Shown one piece after another: positions 9,420-20,400 of a stretch of 64,000 bases of DNA (within the stretch, counting starts at the first letter, position 1; each line of letters opens with the position of its first letter). Origin of the DNA: Nostoc sp. DedSLP01 (GTDB taxonomy: Bacteria > Cyanobacteriota > Cyanobacteriia > Cyanobacteriales > Nostocaceae); contig JAVRCJ020000002.1 in assembly GCA_034530875.2 (NCBI GenBank), forward strand, positions 1-64,000, read 5' to 3'. The notes beneath the pieces are model-generated. The model had not been told where the DNA came from. It searched no databases and saw nothing but the letters and a program-made list of their open reading frames with translations. The position numbers and the translations under genes were made by a program.

Positions 9420-11670
9420 GTTCGCGTCCTCCAACTGGAATCGTAAAGTAGAAGGTTGCGCCTTCACCAAGTTCTGACTCTACCCAAATTCGTCCCCGAT
9501 GGCATTCGATAATTTTCTTGCAAATAGCTAGACCCATACCAGTACCAGTATATTCATCGCGCGTATGTAGCCGCTGAAAGATAACGAAAATGCGATCGCT
9601 AAATTTGGGATCGAGACCAATTCCATTATCCCGAACTGAGAATAACCATGCATCCTCTATTCTTTCTGCTCCCACATGGATTTGTGGTGGCTGGTTGCTG
9701 TGGAATTTGATGGCGTTACCGATAAGGTTCTGGAATAGCTGCATCAGTTGGGTACTGTCAGCCATAACTATTGGCAAGGGGTCGTGGGTAATAGTAGCCC
9801 CAGTTTCCTGAATGCGTTGACGCAAATTTCCTAAAGCTCGATTTAAAGCTTTTTCTACCTCAATCATTTGATATTCGATCGCCTGCATATCCACTTTCGA
9901 GTATGCCAAGACGTCATCAATTAATGTCTGCATCAGGCTCACTCCCTGTACAGCATAGCTGATAAATTCTTGGGCATCTTCGTCAAGTGCTTCGTAATAG
10001 CGCATTTCTAACAATTGCACGTAATTTACGACTTGATTGAGTGGTTCTTGCAAGTCATGGGAGGCGACGTAGGCAAACTTTTTCAATTCCGCATTGGAAC
10101 GTTCTAAATCTTGTGCTAATTGGGCTAGTTCGTCAGCTTGACGCAGCACGATATTCACAATTGCTTTCCGCAATTCTAATGCTGCTTTAATTTCTACTTC
10201 TTTCCAAGGTAAAGAAGTTAAGCGAACCGTTTCTTTCCACAATTCAAATGATTTGCGCGGACACAGACGCACATTGCCATCTGATTGGTTGAGTTCGTAT
10301 GCTTTATTCGGATCGCCGCCCCAATTTACAGTTTGAATGACTTCTGGGCGGAACCACAAAACATAATTGCGCTTGGCGATGGGAATAGCTAACAAACCAC
10401 TGGCGACATTTTTAAATGATTCGGCATCTGGATAAATCTGTGGCAGAGAATCTGTATAGAATACTTCTTGTTCGACGTTATTTTTCAGCCATTGAACTAA
10501 AAAATTCAGTTCTTCTTCTTTCGGAGTTTCACCAACTACCGTACAATTGCCGCCAAAACATACCGCTGCACCTTGGGCGCTGGCTAAATCCAAGAGGCTT
10601 TGGGGACTTTTTACTAAACCATCAATAAAGTTTTCTTCTTGGGACATATATTCAATCAATAGCGATTGAATATGTGTCAAATTTATCCGATGATAATAGT
10701 CTTCTGTTTCTTCTCTGGCTGAAATTTCTGTGAATATGACTCGCCCTAAAAATTCGCAAGCTTTACGCAATTCGTAAGAAACATATTTCGGTGACTTATG
10801 ATGACAAGCAATTAATCCCCAGAGTTTATCGTCTTTAATTAACGATATAGTTAGCGACGCACCAACACCCATATTGTGCAAATATTCTGTATGGCAGGCA
10901 GCAGCACTTCTGAGAATGGAGTTGGTTAAATTAACTGGGCGATCGCTAATCGGATTATTTACCGGAAAAAGTTTTACTGGCACAGAATAAGCATCCGGGA
11001 TAATTCTGATGGAGTTAGAAGCGAATAACTTTCTTGCCGGTTTGGGAATATCCGATTCTGGGTAGTGCAGCCCCAAGTATGGTTCTAAGCTTTCTAATTT
11101 ATCTTCAGCGACAACACAACCATGACCGTCATCGTCAAATTTATATAACATCACCCTGTCGAATTCCGTTAATTTTCGGACTTCTTGAACGATGATTTGG
11201 CAAAAATCATGGAGACTTGCTGTTTTGTCTAATTGGTTAATAGAGGCTCTCGCTAGATGATAAAAACTTAAAAATGGAATATTTTCTTGAGTAATAGCAG
11301 GTTCTAACTCCAGAATTAAAAATCCTTCTAGATTCCGGTGAAAAACCGCATCAAATACTACATAATCGTCACCTTTTTTCCTCACCCAGACTTTCGTTGG
11401 ATTAATAAAATCTAGATTTTCCTGAGATAGACCGGCTTTAATTTTCTCTATTTGAAATGAATCTAATAAATCTTCTAATTTTTTTTGCAACATATTTTCG
11501 GGAGTAATCCCCAAAATATTTAATGTATTAGTACTAACTTGTAATATTTTTAGTTCAGGCTCCTCCAACACCAAAAGAACGCCATGAGGCTGAATTTGAC
11601 TAGAAATATGAATCGGCGCTTCTTTCAAACTAATTAAATTAATACCTGGCAATTGTATGTTCATTTCCAT
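9364..11670 (-). CDS. aphA: Cph1-type cyanobacterial phytochrome histidine kinase (PAS-GAF-PHY-HK)
   Basis: EAPIHI..QIQPHG, YPESDIP (DIP motif), LRSAAACH chromophore Cys-His in GAF, WGGDP, PRKSF, H-box SHDLQEPL. Confidence 0.93.
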   Translation of the reverse strand: MEMNIQLPGINLISLKEAPIHISSQIQPHGVLLVLEEPELKILQVSTNTLNILGITPENMLQKKLEDLLDSFQIEKIKAGLSQENLDFINPTKVWVRKKGDDYVVFDAVFHRNLEGFLILELEPAITQENIPFLSFYHLARASINQLDKTASLHDFCQIIVQEVRKLTEFDRVMLYKFDDDGHGCVVAEDKLESLEPYLGLHYPESDIPKPARKLFASNSIRIIPDAYSVPVKLFPVNNPISDRPVNLTNSILRSAAACHTEYLHNMGVGASLTISLIKDDKLWGLIACHHKSPKYVSYELRKACEFLGRVIFTEISAREETEDYYHRINLTHIQSLLIEYMSQEENFIDGLVKSPQSLLDLASAQGAAVCFGGNCTVVGETPKEEELNFLVQWLKNNVEQEVFYTDSLPQIYPDAESFKNVASGLLAIPIAKRNYVLWFRPEVIQTVNWGGDPNKAYELNQSDGNVRLCPRKSFELWKETVRLTSLPWKEVEIKAALELRKAIVNIVLRQADELAQLAQDLERSNAELKKFAYVASHDLQEPLNQVVNYVQLLEMRYYEALDEDAQEFISYAVQGVSLMQTLIDDVLAYSKVDMQAIEYQMIEVEKALNRALGNLRQRIQETGATITHDPLPIVMADSTQLMQLFQNLIGNAIKFHSNQPPQIHVGAERIEDAWLFSVRDNGIGLDPKFSDRIFVIFQRLHTRDEYTGTGMGLAICKKIIECHRGRIWVESELGEGATFYFTIPVGGRELERRNGRKTQNHLFGRGQ

Positions 11671-12007
11671 GACGATTCCCCTGTGTGGTTTGGGAGCATC
11701 AAAACTAGAGTATCTATAATCACCGCAATGATGAATGCAAAAATACTTAGAATTTTTAATTCGTCATTTTTACTTAGTATCTAATTTCCCATGCCCTTCC
11801 TGATATTGCGTTTTGCAGACTTTTTTCTATCTGTTTGCGCCTTAAAAGTTTAACAGTGACTAAAGTGGGATAGCTATAAGAAATATGAAAGCCTATGTGA
11901 TTAAAAAACTCTGTATGTATGTAGCTATATTAAGTGTAAAAATTAGTTTAAAAATAATTTGAAACCTATCAATAATTTTACTTTACGATATAATCCTCAA
12001 TACAATA

Positions 12008-12095
12008 AAACTCATATTTAATTTTTGAAAAAAATCAGTACATCCAGGCAACGCTTCTGTCCTACTCCCTACTCCCCATTCCCTACTCCCTGTAG
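12008..12095 (+). repeat. Degenerate partial copy of the ~180-bp MITE at 15122 and 34521
   Basis: CATATTTAATTTTTGAAAAAAATCAGTACA followed by CCTACTCCCTACTCCCCATTCCCTACTCCCTG matches one arm of those elements. Confidence 0.55.
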
Positions 12096-12190
12096 GGCGA
12101 ACGCATATAAATTATACTTGCTCACCAATGAGGTTAAAAATCAACGAAAAAATCACCATTTCTCGTTTGACTTGTTTTCCAACCCTCAAA

Positions 12191-12219
12191 GCGATGCCTG
12201 CGGCGGGCTACGCCAACGC
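12191..12219 (+). mobile_element. 21-nt small dispersed repeat (SDR5-like) inserted in a HIP1 site
   Basis: GCGAT[GCCTGCGGCGGGCTACGCCAA]CGC; removing it restores GCGATCGC; near-identical insert at 62109-62129. Confidence 0.8.
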
Positions 12220-12343
12220 TAAAATATTTGTCAATAAGCTAACGTTAATGAGATTATTTTTGAGTCTATTGAGAATAGAATACTCTTATTGACAAGATGC
12301 GGCCGCCCTGTCTTCAGTCCCCAATCTCTAGAGGCAAACAGCT

Positions 12344-13933
12344 CTATTCGATCAGCATTAGTTCTTGCTTAGGTAACAGGGAGATTTTGAGTGGATCGTA
12401 GCCTAATTGTTGAGTAATCCGTTCCCTAGCTAAAGCGCGGTACTCCCAAAAATGTTCTCCAGCAGCGCATAGCCCTAAATACATATTGAGAACTTGAGGC
12501 TTTGTCAACAGAATTGTCCATAGTTGTTGCCAGAATTGCCCACGAATTTCTGGTCGCCGTAAGCCTTGATGCCAGATTAACTGAGCAACGACCCGCAACC
12601 CCTTGCCTGGAGAAAATTGCATGGTTTGCTTTCGTTGCTCTAGCGAGCCAATACTCAGGCATTGCTGAAAACAGCGTCTGAGATAGTGGCTGGGTTCATA
12701 TAACATCCATAAGCCTTCTACATACTCTCTAGCGATTTCATCAATAGAACGGGTGGGGATGAAATTCATTAAGGTATTTTGGTCGCCCACTTCAGTGCCA
12801 CCAATACCCTTGCTCTCTAATAAACGCTGTTCTTTTTGCAGACGGTTCCATAAAGCAGTATTAGGCAAAGCTTGAAGGATGCCCAACATCGGTTGAGGAA
12901 TAGTAGTTTGTTCTACAAAAGCTTGAATTCGTTCTCCTGCTCCTGGGCGTTCTCCATCAAAACCAAGGATAAACCCTGCATAAATCAGCATTCCTGCTTC
13001 ATTGATTTTGCGACAGGCTTCCACGAGAGGATGGCGGGTATTTTGCAGTTTTTGTGTTACTTGTAGGCTGTCTTGGTCAGGAGTCTCTATGCCGAGAAAA
13101 ACTGCATAGAAACCTGCTTCATTCATTAATTGCAACAGTTCTTCATCTTCTGCCAAATTTACAGAAGCTTCTGTGATGAAGGTGAAGGGATAGTTATGCT
13201 GCTTCATCCAAGGAATTAACTCTCGCAGAAGGCGTTTGACGTTACGCTGATTGCCAATAAAGTTGTCGTCAACGATGAACAGCGATCCTCGCCAGCCTAA
13301 ATCATAAAGAGCCTGTAACTCGGCTATTGTTTGCTGAGGCTCTTTTGTGCGTGGTTTGCGACCGTAGAGCGTAATAATATCGCAAAACTCGCAGTTGAAG
13401 GGGCAACCGCGAGAAAACTGGATAGCCATCATTAAGTAAGCATCCCGTTGCAGCAAGTCAAAACGAGGCATCGGACTTTGGGTGACATCAGGTTTTTCTA
13501 GGGAGCGAAAGATTCCTTGTTCTTGACCTTGGTTGAGGGCTTCTAGAAACTTAGGAACTGTCAACTCGCCCTCATCCAAAATCAAATAATGCGCTCCAGA
13601 GTTTAGGGCATCCTGGGGGATCGATGTCGGGTAAGGGCCACCAACTGCAATTTTTTTGCCTAAGCGCACTGCTTTTTGAATTAAGGTATGAAAATCTGGT
13701 TTCTGCACTAGCATTGCGGAAAGGATAACGAGGTCACACCAGTGCCAATCAGCTTCTGTTTCTAAATTGACGTTGCGATCGCAAAATCTAATTTCCCAGT
13801 CTTTAGCGAGAAGTGCTGCTACTGTAATAATTCCCAGAGGAGGCAAGACGGCTTTGAGTCCAGCGATTTCCATGAAGCGATCGTAAGACCAAAAAGACTG
13901 CGGGAACTGAGGGTAGAGCAATAATACTTTCAT
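12344..13933 (-). CDS. B12-binding radical SAM protein (DUF4070-type; possible methyltransferase)
   Basis: N-terminal cobalamin-binding PPLG/GGPYP motifs, SRGCPFNCEFC CxxxCxxC, FIVDDNF. Confidence 0.88.
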   Translation of the reverse strand: MKVLLLYPQFPQSFWSYDRFMEIAGLKAVLPPLGIITVAALLAKDWEIRFCDRNVNLETEADWHWCDLVILSAMLVQKPDFHTLIQKAVRLGKKIAVGGPYPTSIPQDALNSGAHYLILDEGELTVPKFLEALNQGQEQGIFRSLEKPDVTQSPMPRFDLLQRDAYLMMAIQFSRGCPFNCEFCDIITLYGRKPRTKEPQQTIAELQALYDLGWRGSLFIVDDNFIGNQRNVKRLLRELIPWMKQHNYPFTFITEASVNLAEDEELLQLMNEAGFYAVFLGIETPDQDSLQVTQKLQNTRHPLVEACRKINEAGMLIYAGFILGFDGERPGAGERIQAFVEQTTIPQPMLGILQALPNTALWNRLQKEQRLLESKGIGGTEVGDQNTLMNFIPTRSIDEIAREYVEGLWMLYEPSHYLRRCFQQCLSIGSLEQRKQTMQFSPGKGLRVVAQLIWHQGLRRPEIRGQFWQQLWTILLTKPQVLNMYLGLCAAGEHFWEYRALARERITQQLGYDPLKISLLPKQELMLIE

Positions 13934-14091
13934 AAAATCCTTGTTGCAAAACTTCTGGTTTCTCGAACACCCATCAATAGCTAAAGCTAACGCGATCCCT
14001 TCTACAACTCAAATGCTCCTCCAAACAAATTAACGTCCATGAGTAGGTTCGATACCCTTAATATCTGCATTAGGAGTTTAAATATATAGAA

Positions 14092-14162
14092 TAGAGACCT
14101 CCAGAAATGGGGTATTGCTTCTGACTATGCAAGGCTTTCACATTCATTTTCGGAGATGTCTA
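14092..14162. mobile_element. Short MITE-like element, same family as 17382-17473 (inverted)
   Basis: Ends TAGAGACCTCCAGAAAT...CATTCATTTTCGGAGATGTCTA; its reverse complement matches TAGACATCTCCAAAAATGAATG at 17382. Confidence 0.65.
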
Positions 14163-14464
14163 ATATTAAAACTAAGAAAATTTAACTCTCTCTATCTAAA
14201 GGAATAAAAGGGGAGCATCCCACTTTTTCAAGCATATTTGAAAACGTATTGCTATGGAGATAAGTGTCCTTGTAATTCCCGGAATTTTACATCCAGTTTT
14301 ATAGCTTGTGAGCATTTAGAAAAATTAGCTATAAATTGTTACTCTATAATTATCTGCTATACATTTATCCAAAGGTTGATTTTTTTAATATAAATGTCTT
14401 CCCGTCTTTCTTAACTGTTCATTAATATTGAGATTTAGTTTTTTTATCTCTTGTAATTGTTAAA

Positions 14465-14782
14465 ATGGAGTTAAGCTTATACACTAAGACAAAGTTTATG
14501 GTTGGAAGTAAAAGATTTGATGAGACATTAGCTGCAATTGAGTTAAATGCAGCCCGAAAATTAAACTGGGATTATAATCAATTCAAAGACTATTTTAGTT
14601 TTACAGTAAACAAGGAAGCTATTGAAATAGTTCTCAAGAATAAAATCGATGAATCTCAGTTGAAAGGTTTAAAGCAAGCTTTGTTAGATTATGGTTTTCA
14701 GTACAAAAAAACAGTCAATGATTTGCTTTTGGTTTTTGAGCAAGATGTTGAATTAAGAGAAAGCAATATTAGAGATTGCTAG
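14465..14782 (+). CDS. Hypothetical protein
   Basis: Isolated 105-codon ORF with protein-like composition; no motif recognised. Confidence 0.6.
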   Translation: MELSLYTKTKFMVGSKRFDETLAAIELNAARKLNWDYNQFKDYFSFTVNKEAIEIVLKNKIDESQLKGLKQALLDYGFQYKKTVNDLLLVFEQDVELRESNIRDC

Positions 14783-15121
14783 GAAGACTGCACTAGCCAG
14801 GAATTAGCAATCATGAATGATGTACGCAATGACAAATAAAAATTTTTTGTGATTTATCATTAGTTGTTGCCCTACTTGCTCCTTGCTTTTTCAAGCGAGT
14901 AGGATCTAGATAAATATAAGATAGTCAGTCATTTGAACTCTTGAGTTGCATCTGGTATAGCAATAAAAGTAAAGTCGAATTAAATTCTTAATCAGTCTCA
15001 GTAAAGTAAGGTTGAGCGGTTTGAGTCAACGCTCCTCAAACCCCACCTCCAGAATTTAGACAAGACTATTGATCATTTGGGTTGTGACGCGGGCAGACAC
15101 GGAACAGCTTGTCACTAGATA

Positions 15122-15300
15122 TATAGGAATCATATTTGATTTGGTGAAAAAAATCAGTATACGCAAACAAGGCTTCTTTCCTACTCCCTGCCTATCGCGC
15201 TTGTGCTGCGCTTCTGGGCGAGACGCTTTGCGTAGCTTGCTTCCCCGCAGGGGTACGCGCACCACACAAATAATTTCAGTAATCAAACCGGATTCCTATA
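15122..15300. mobile_element. ~180-bp MITE with TIRs TATAGGAATC...GATTCCTATA, carrying a nested small repeat
   Basis: Terminal inverted repeats; second copy inverted at 34521-34698; extra GTAGCTTGCTTCCCCGCAGGGGT segment in this copy only. Confidence 0.8.
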
Positions 15301-15340
15301 TGTGAAGATAGGTAAATACGGAACCATTCAATTTCTAGAG

Positions 15341-17179
15341 TTATGAATTTTTGCGAATCAGCCTGATGAGATTTTTTAGCCCCGTTCCTGAGTAGTATTC
15401 AATATCGGGAGAATGAGTAACTTTATCTACAACGAAGCCAATTTTCATTCCAGATATATAAGTTACTCCGGAACGGGTAGTTTGTTCAACGCGAATATCA
15501 TACTTAGCAGGTTGCCCTGGTTGAAGCCAAGCATCAAAGCGATCGCCTAAATTGAGCTTATAAAGATTGTCCCAGACTGATAAACCTTGAGCATAGGGTG
15601 GGCGTGGAAGAATGGGATAAGAAATTTCGCTAACTTTGGAGTTGTTCTGAGACAAAATAATTGTCAGTTTAACCATTTTTAACTCGCCCAGAAGCTTACC
15701 TTCATCTAAAAGAGTAAAATTGCGGGCATCGCGGAAGCGATCGAATCCTTTAAACTTAAAACGCCCTAAGCGTTCGGGGTGAATACCTCCAGTAATCGCA
15801 ACTTCGGTTTGGTTTTGCAATTCATTGAGTTTGTAATCGAATGTGCCTGGAATAGAAAATCGCAATTTCCCCGATTCAATAATTTCAACTGCGATCGGAG
15901 GATCTCCTAAATCTTCTGGGCGTTTAGCAGCTTGCCAAGACACTTTAAAAGAACGTTGGACGGTTTCTAATAAACGGTAAGTATCTTGGACATCCGAACC
16001 AGCACCAAGTAGACTCCCTAGCCCCGTTTTTTTCGAGAAGTTTTTCTTGAGAAGCGAAATGCTTCGATCGACTAACAGGCTGGCGCGATCGCTATAACTT
16101 ACTTGTTCTTGAGGAATTTCTGTACCCTTTACTAACAAAATTTTACCGTAACTACCAGATTGCCCATCTGTACCGTTGCGTCCCGGCTGTCCACTCTGTC
16201 CGTTCTCGCAAGTAAAATCTGTCTGCTGTGATAGACCAATATATTGCCAGCCATAGCGGTAGTTGGGATCTAAATTTCGCGGCTGGGGTCGATTTTGTTT
16301 TTCGTCATAGAACGCATCACCCGTACAGCGAAATAATTCTCTGCTAATTTCTTTCCACTCAGCCTTATCTACATTGATTTGTTGCGCCATCAATGCCCAA
16401 GTACAGAACTTTACAGTCCAGCGCGGTTGAGTACAGTTACATCCACTACCTGCTTGTCCGCCAATCCCTCCAACACCTGCCCTCCCGCCCCGATTACGTA
16501 ACAGCACATTCTGGAGTTGAGATAGCGACTCAAAGTAAATAGTAGCACTACCGCCATGACCGCCATTACCGCCATTACCACCATTACCGCCATTACCACC
16601 TTTAGCACCGCATACATTCACTGTTACATCCTGAGGCTGTTGGCATCCAGAAGCTGGTTCGCCAGAAGTAGCAGATTCTCCAGGTTCGCCATCTGTACCA
16701 GTGAGGTCAATCGTTTGTATTTGTTCGCTAGCGCGAATTGTTCCATCGGATGCAGAGATCCCATGTCGTCCATACCGACCGTCTACGCCATTTCTACCAG
16801 TTTGGCCAAAAAATTGGACTTCACCACCGACACCATTGACAGCTAGATTATTAACAATTGTTTTGGTACTAACTAACCCATAAATATTAGATATTGTCCC
16901 ACCTATTACTCGGCTGAAAATATTCTGAATGTCAGCAGCATTATTAAAGGAAGCTGTGCCATCAGTACGCACAGAAAACTTGCTAAAGCTGTAAAACAAA
17001 TTACTGCCTGTTTGCCTTCGTCCTGTGATATTAAAAGTCTTACTTTCTCTTGTAACGCTGGAGTTATGAGGTAAAATGTTGTCTGGGGTAACTTGAGCGA
17101 TCGCACAATTCATTGCGCCAAAGCTAATGTATACGATAGCCGCTAAAGCGCTGCAAGGAGTAACGCTCCAACTGGACAT
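15341..17179 (-). CDS. Secreted protein: truncated filamentous-haemagglutinin (TPS) N-terminus fused to a collagen-like Gly-X-Y protein
   Basis: Signal peptide ending AIA|QVTPD; GSNLFYSF.KFSV...NIFSRVIGG..SNI.G; then GxxGxxG tracts (GRNGVDGRYGRHG, GGNGGNGGNGG). Confidence 0.75.
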   Translation of the reverse strand: MSSWSVTPCSALAAIVYISFGAMNCAIAQVTPDNILPHNSSVTRESKTFNITGRRQTGSNLFYSFSKFSVRTDGTASFNNAADIQNIFSRVIGGTISNIYGLVSTKTIVNNLAVNGVGGEVQFFGQTGRNGVDGRYGRHGISASDGTIRASEQIQTIDLTGTDGEPGESATSGEPASGCQQPQDVTVNVCGAKGGNGGNGGNGGNGGHGGSATIYFESLSQLQNVLLRNRGGRAGVGGIGGQAGSGCNCTQPRWTVKFCTWALMAQQINVDKAEWKEISRELFRCTGDAFYDEKQNRPQPRNLDPNYRYGWQYIGLSQQTDFTCENGQSGQPGRNGTDGQSGSYGKILLVKGTEIPQEQVSYSDRASLLVDRSISLLKKNFSKKTGLGSLLGAGSDVQDTYRLLETVQRSFKVSWQAAKRPEDLGDPPIAVEIIESGKLRFSIPGTFDYKLNELQNQTEVAITGGIHPERLGRFKFKGFDRFRDARNFTLLDEGKLLGELKMVKLTIILSQNNSKVSEISYPILPRPPYAQGLSVWDNLYKLNLGDRFDAWLQPGQPAKYDIRVEQTTRSGVTYISGMKIGFVVDKVTHSPDIEYYSGTGLKNLIRLIRKNS

Positions 17180-17381
17180 TGTAACCCTCCTGAAATCCCA
17201 GTATATTTAGTTAAGCATAAATGAAGTTACTAGCTATCTAATACTTAACAACAAGTCATAACGCTCTGATGAGACAATAACGGCGTCAACTGTCATAAAC
17301 TCTTTGGGGAATTATTCTTAGGGAAAGAGAGTTGAAGCGTCTGTGCGTGAAAGAAAAATCTTCCAAATTCTCACAACCCAT

Positions 17382-17473
17382 TAGACATCTCCAAAAATGA
17401 ATGTAGAGACGTAGCATTGCTACGTCTCTACAGGGGTTCTGGATAACGCATATTTAATTTCTGGAGATGTCTA
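17382..17473. mobile_element. MITE-like element with an internal REP-like palindrome
   Basis: TIRs TAGACATCTCC...GGAGATGTCTA; internal GTAGAGACGTAGCA-T-TGCTACGTCTCTAC hairpin. Confidence 0.75.
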
Positions 17474-17482
17474 TCGCATTGC

Positions 17483-20400
17483 CTACAGATCGCACAAAGC
17501 GCGATCGCTGTTCATCACCTTCTGATTAGTCTGCAAATAATCATGCAGCAAATTGCAACCCCGTGCTAATAATTTCTCTAGTTCGATATCTGCCAAATCT
17601 TGAAAAATCACCGTACCGTTGTCACTTCCGACAGCTAAAGTCTTACTATCAGGGCTGAAAGTGATGCTCGTTAGCTCATTCTTATAACCTTTCAGCGCAA
17701 TTAATAACGTTCCATCGCGCTGCCAAATTCTCACTTTATCATCGCTGGAAGCCGCTATCGTCTTACCATCTGGGCTGAAGCTGACGCCGATAAAACTATC
17801 CCCATCTCCGCTAAGATTGTTTAGTAACTCACCATCTCGCTTCCAAATCTTCACTGTGCTATCAGTACTAACTGAAGCAAGCATTTGACTATCACTTGAC
17901 CAAGCCACGCCATTTACTCTACGGCCATGACCAGTTAATGTGTGTAGTAATTTACCATCTCTAGTCCAAATTTTTACTGTTTTGTCATCGCTAGCTGAGG
18001 CTAGTAATTTCCCATCCGGGCTAAAACTTACCCAATTTACTGCATCTTGATGCCCCTGCAATGTGTTAAGCAGTATACCGTCACGATGCCAAATTTTGAC
18101 TAATTTATCTTTGCCAGCCGAGGCAATTACTTGACCATCGGGCGACCAAGCTACACCCAATACAGTATTACTATGAGCTGCTAAAGTGTGGAGCAATTGA
18201 CCGCGCCGATTCCACAATTTTACTGTTTTATCTTTACTAGCTGAGGCAATGATTTTACCATCTGGGCTAAGACTAACTCCCCAAACTTCGTCTTGATGAC
18301 CGCTGAAAGTACGGTATGGTTTGCCTTCTCGATTAAAAAGTTTTATGGTTTTGTCGCGGCTGGCTGCGGCTAAGGTGCGACCTCCGGGGCTAAAACTGAT
18401 ACTAGTCACCCAATCGTTGTTATTGGCTTTGGGTTTTTCTAGCAATACCTCCTGCCAACGCCAGAGTTTAATTGTTTTGTCTCGACTTGCAGAAGCAAGG
18501 ATGCGATTGTCTGAGCTGAAACTAACGCTATTGACCCAATTATTATGTCCCTTGAGGGTGCCGAGTAGCGCGCCTTGGGAACTCCAAAGTTTTAGTGTTT
18601 CGTCGGTACTTGCAGAAGCGATCGCGTTACCATCGGGGCTAAAACTGACGCTAGTAACTCCGCCACTGTGTCCCGACAAGCTTCTGAGTAACTGACCTTC
18701 TAAACTCCACAATTTGATAGTCTGGTCTAAACTACCCGAAGCAATTGTTTTACCATCGGGCGACCATGCGATACTCAAGACTGCATCATCATGACCTGAA
18801 AAGGTTTTCAGCAACTTACCATCTCGACTCCAGATTTTGATGGTGTTGTCAGCACTCCCAGAAGCAATGGTTTGTCCGTCAAGCGACCAAGCAACACTCA
18901 AAACTGCACTGCTATGTCCGTCTAAAGTTTTGAGTAATTTACCTTGGGAACTCCAAAGTTTTATCGTCTTATCTGTACTCGCCGAAGCAATCAGTTGACC
19001 GTCGGGACTAAAACTAACACTATTCACCACAGCTTCATGTCCTAATAAAGTGGTTAATAGTTGACCCTCCCGATTCCACAATTTTATTGTCTTATCTTGA
19101 CTGCCAGAAGCAATAATTTGACTATCGGGGCTAAAACTGATGCTATTAACTACATCTTCATGTCCCGATAAGGTTTTGAACAAGCTACCATCCGAATGCC
19201 AGAGTTTAATTGTAGTGTCTGCACTGGCTGAAGCAATTAAAGAGCGATCCTGACTAAATATGACACTATTTACCCCCGATAAATGCCCGTCCAAACGATT
19301 GGATTCTCTCACTCCAGAAACCGCTTGATAAAGAGCAGTCAGCACTTGTTCTCTAGTATTAGTATCTACCCAAATTGTACGTTTTAATTTTTTCCCTGCC
19401 CTTAAACCTTCCTTTAAAGCATCAAGACCTTTTTGAGAGGCAAATAAAGCTTCGCTAGAAACACCCAAAGTTTTAATTTCGCTATCTCTTGCCATAACTA
19501 TGGAAAAACTTAAAACAAATATGGCCAGTACAGAAGCACTCAAAGCAATTTTCAAAGAACGATTTAATTTAGCTTCGCTTAGCCTTTGTTTTTCTTGGCT
19601 TTCTGCTAGTTTAGCTGTTAACTCTTTTTCTTTAAGTTCAACTCGCAATTGCTCAATTTCTAATTGACTTAATTCTTCGCGTTTTTGTAACTCCCGCAAT
19701 TCTGTTAATAAACCTAATCCCTGCTGTGGATGGGTATCTATTAATTTATTTGGCTCCTTTTTTTGGCTCAGTTCGCTTTTTAAACGCTCAATTTCTGCCT
19801 GACTTTGTTCTACTTTTTGCCGTAGTTGGTTAAGTTGTACTTGTAAGCTTGATTCTTGTTGTTGTAGGTAACGAATTAAGTCTACTAAATAATCGTGAAT
19901 TAACTGATAGCGTTCTGGAACATCGGGAAACAGAACCACTAACCCAGAGCTAACTAAAATCTCTAAAATTAAATCTAATTTACTAACATCTTCTAACTCT
20001 TGTAACTGTGCGGCTAATTCAGGGCGAGTTTTAAAAGGTCGATTGTTACTTTCATCTGTTAATAAATATAAAACGAGTAAAGCTGCTCGTTCGTTTTCCG
20101 GGCCGCAGTCTTTGATTAATTCTTTAATATATCGCTCAATCAGTTTGTTGGGTCTATAAGGTTGATATTGTTCTAGGGTAGTAATGCGCTCGTCTTGAAT
20201 TTCTGCGCCGACAACTTGCAATTCAATGGGGCGAACTTCTCCAAATTCTGTAGATAAATCTTCAATGAGAGCATCAATTAAAGCAGGCTCTAAGTGGAAT
20301 TGAGAACGCTCGGTTAATTTGCGGATAATAGCTTTGGCGTATTCTGGGGAAAAGTTATTTAACTGATAGCGGATATTATTATCGAGAATATTGTTATTAA

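Noticed and set aside
16545..16605. 9-bp tandem repeat as a non-coding array
   Set aside because: It encodes the GGN collagen-like repeats of 15341-17179
17600..19300. WD40 repeats as a hypervariable or DGR target array
   Set aside because: Units are clearly diverged at DNA level; no reverse transcriptase or template repeat in the window
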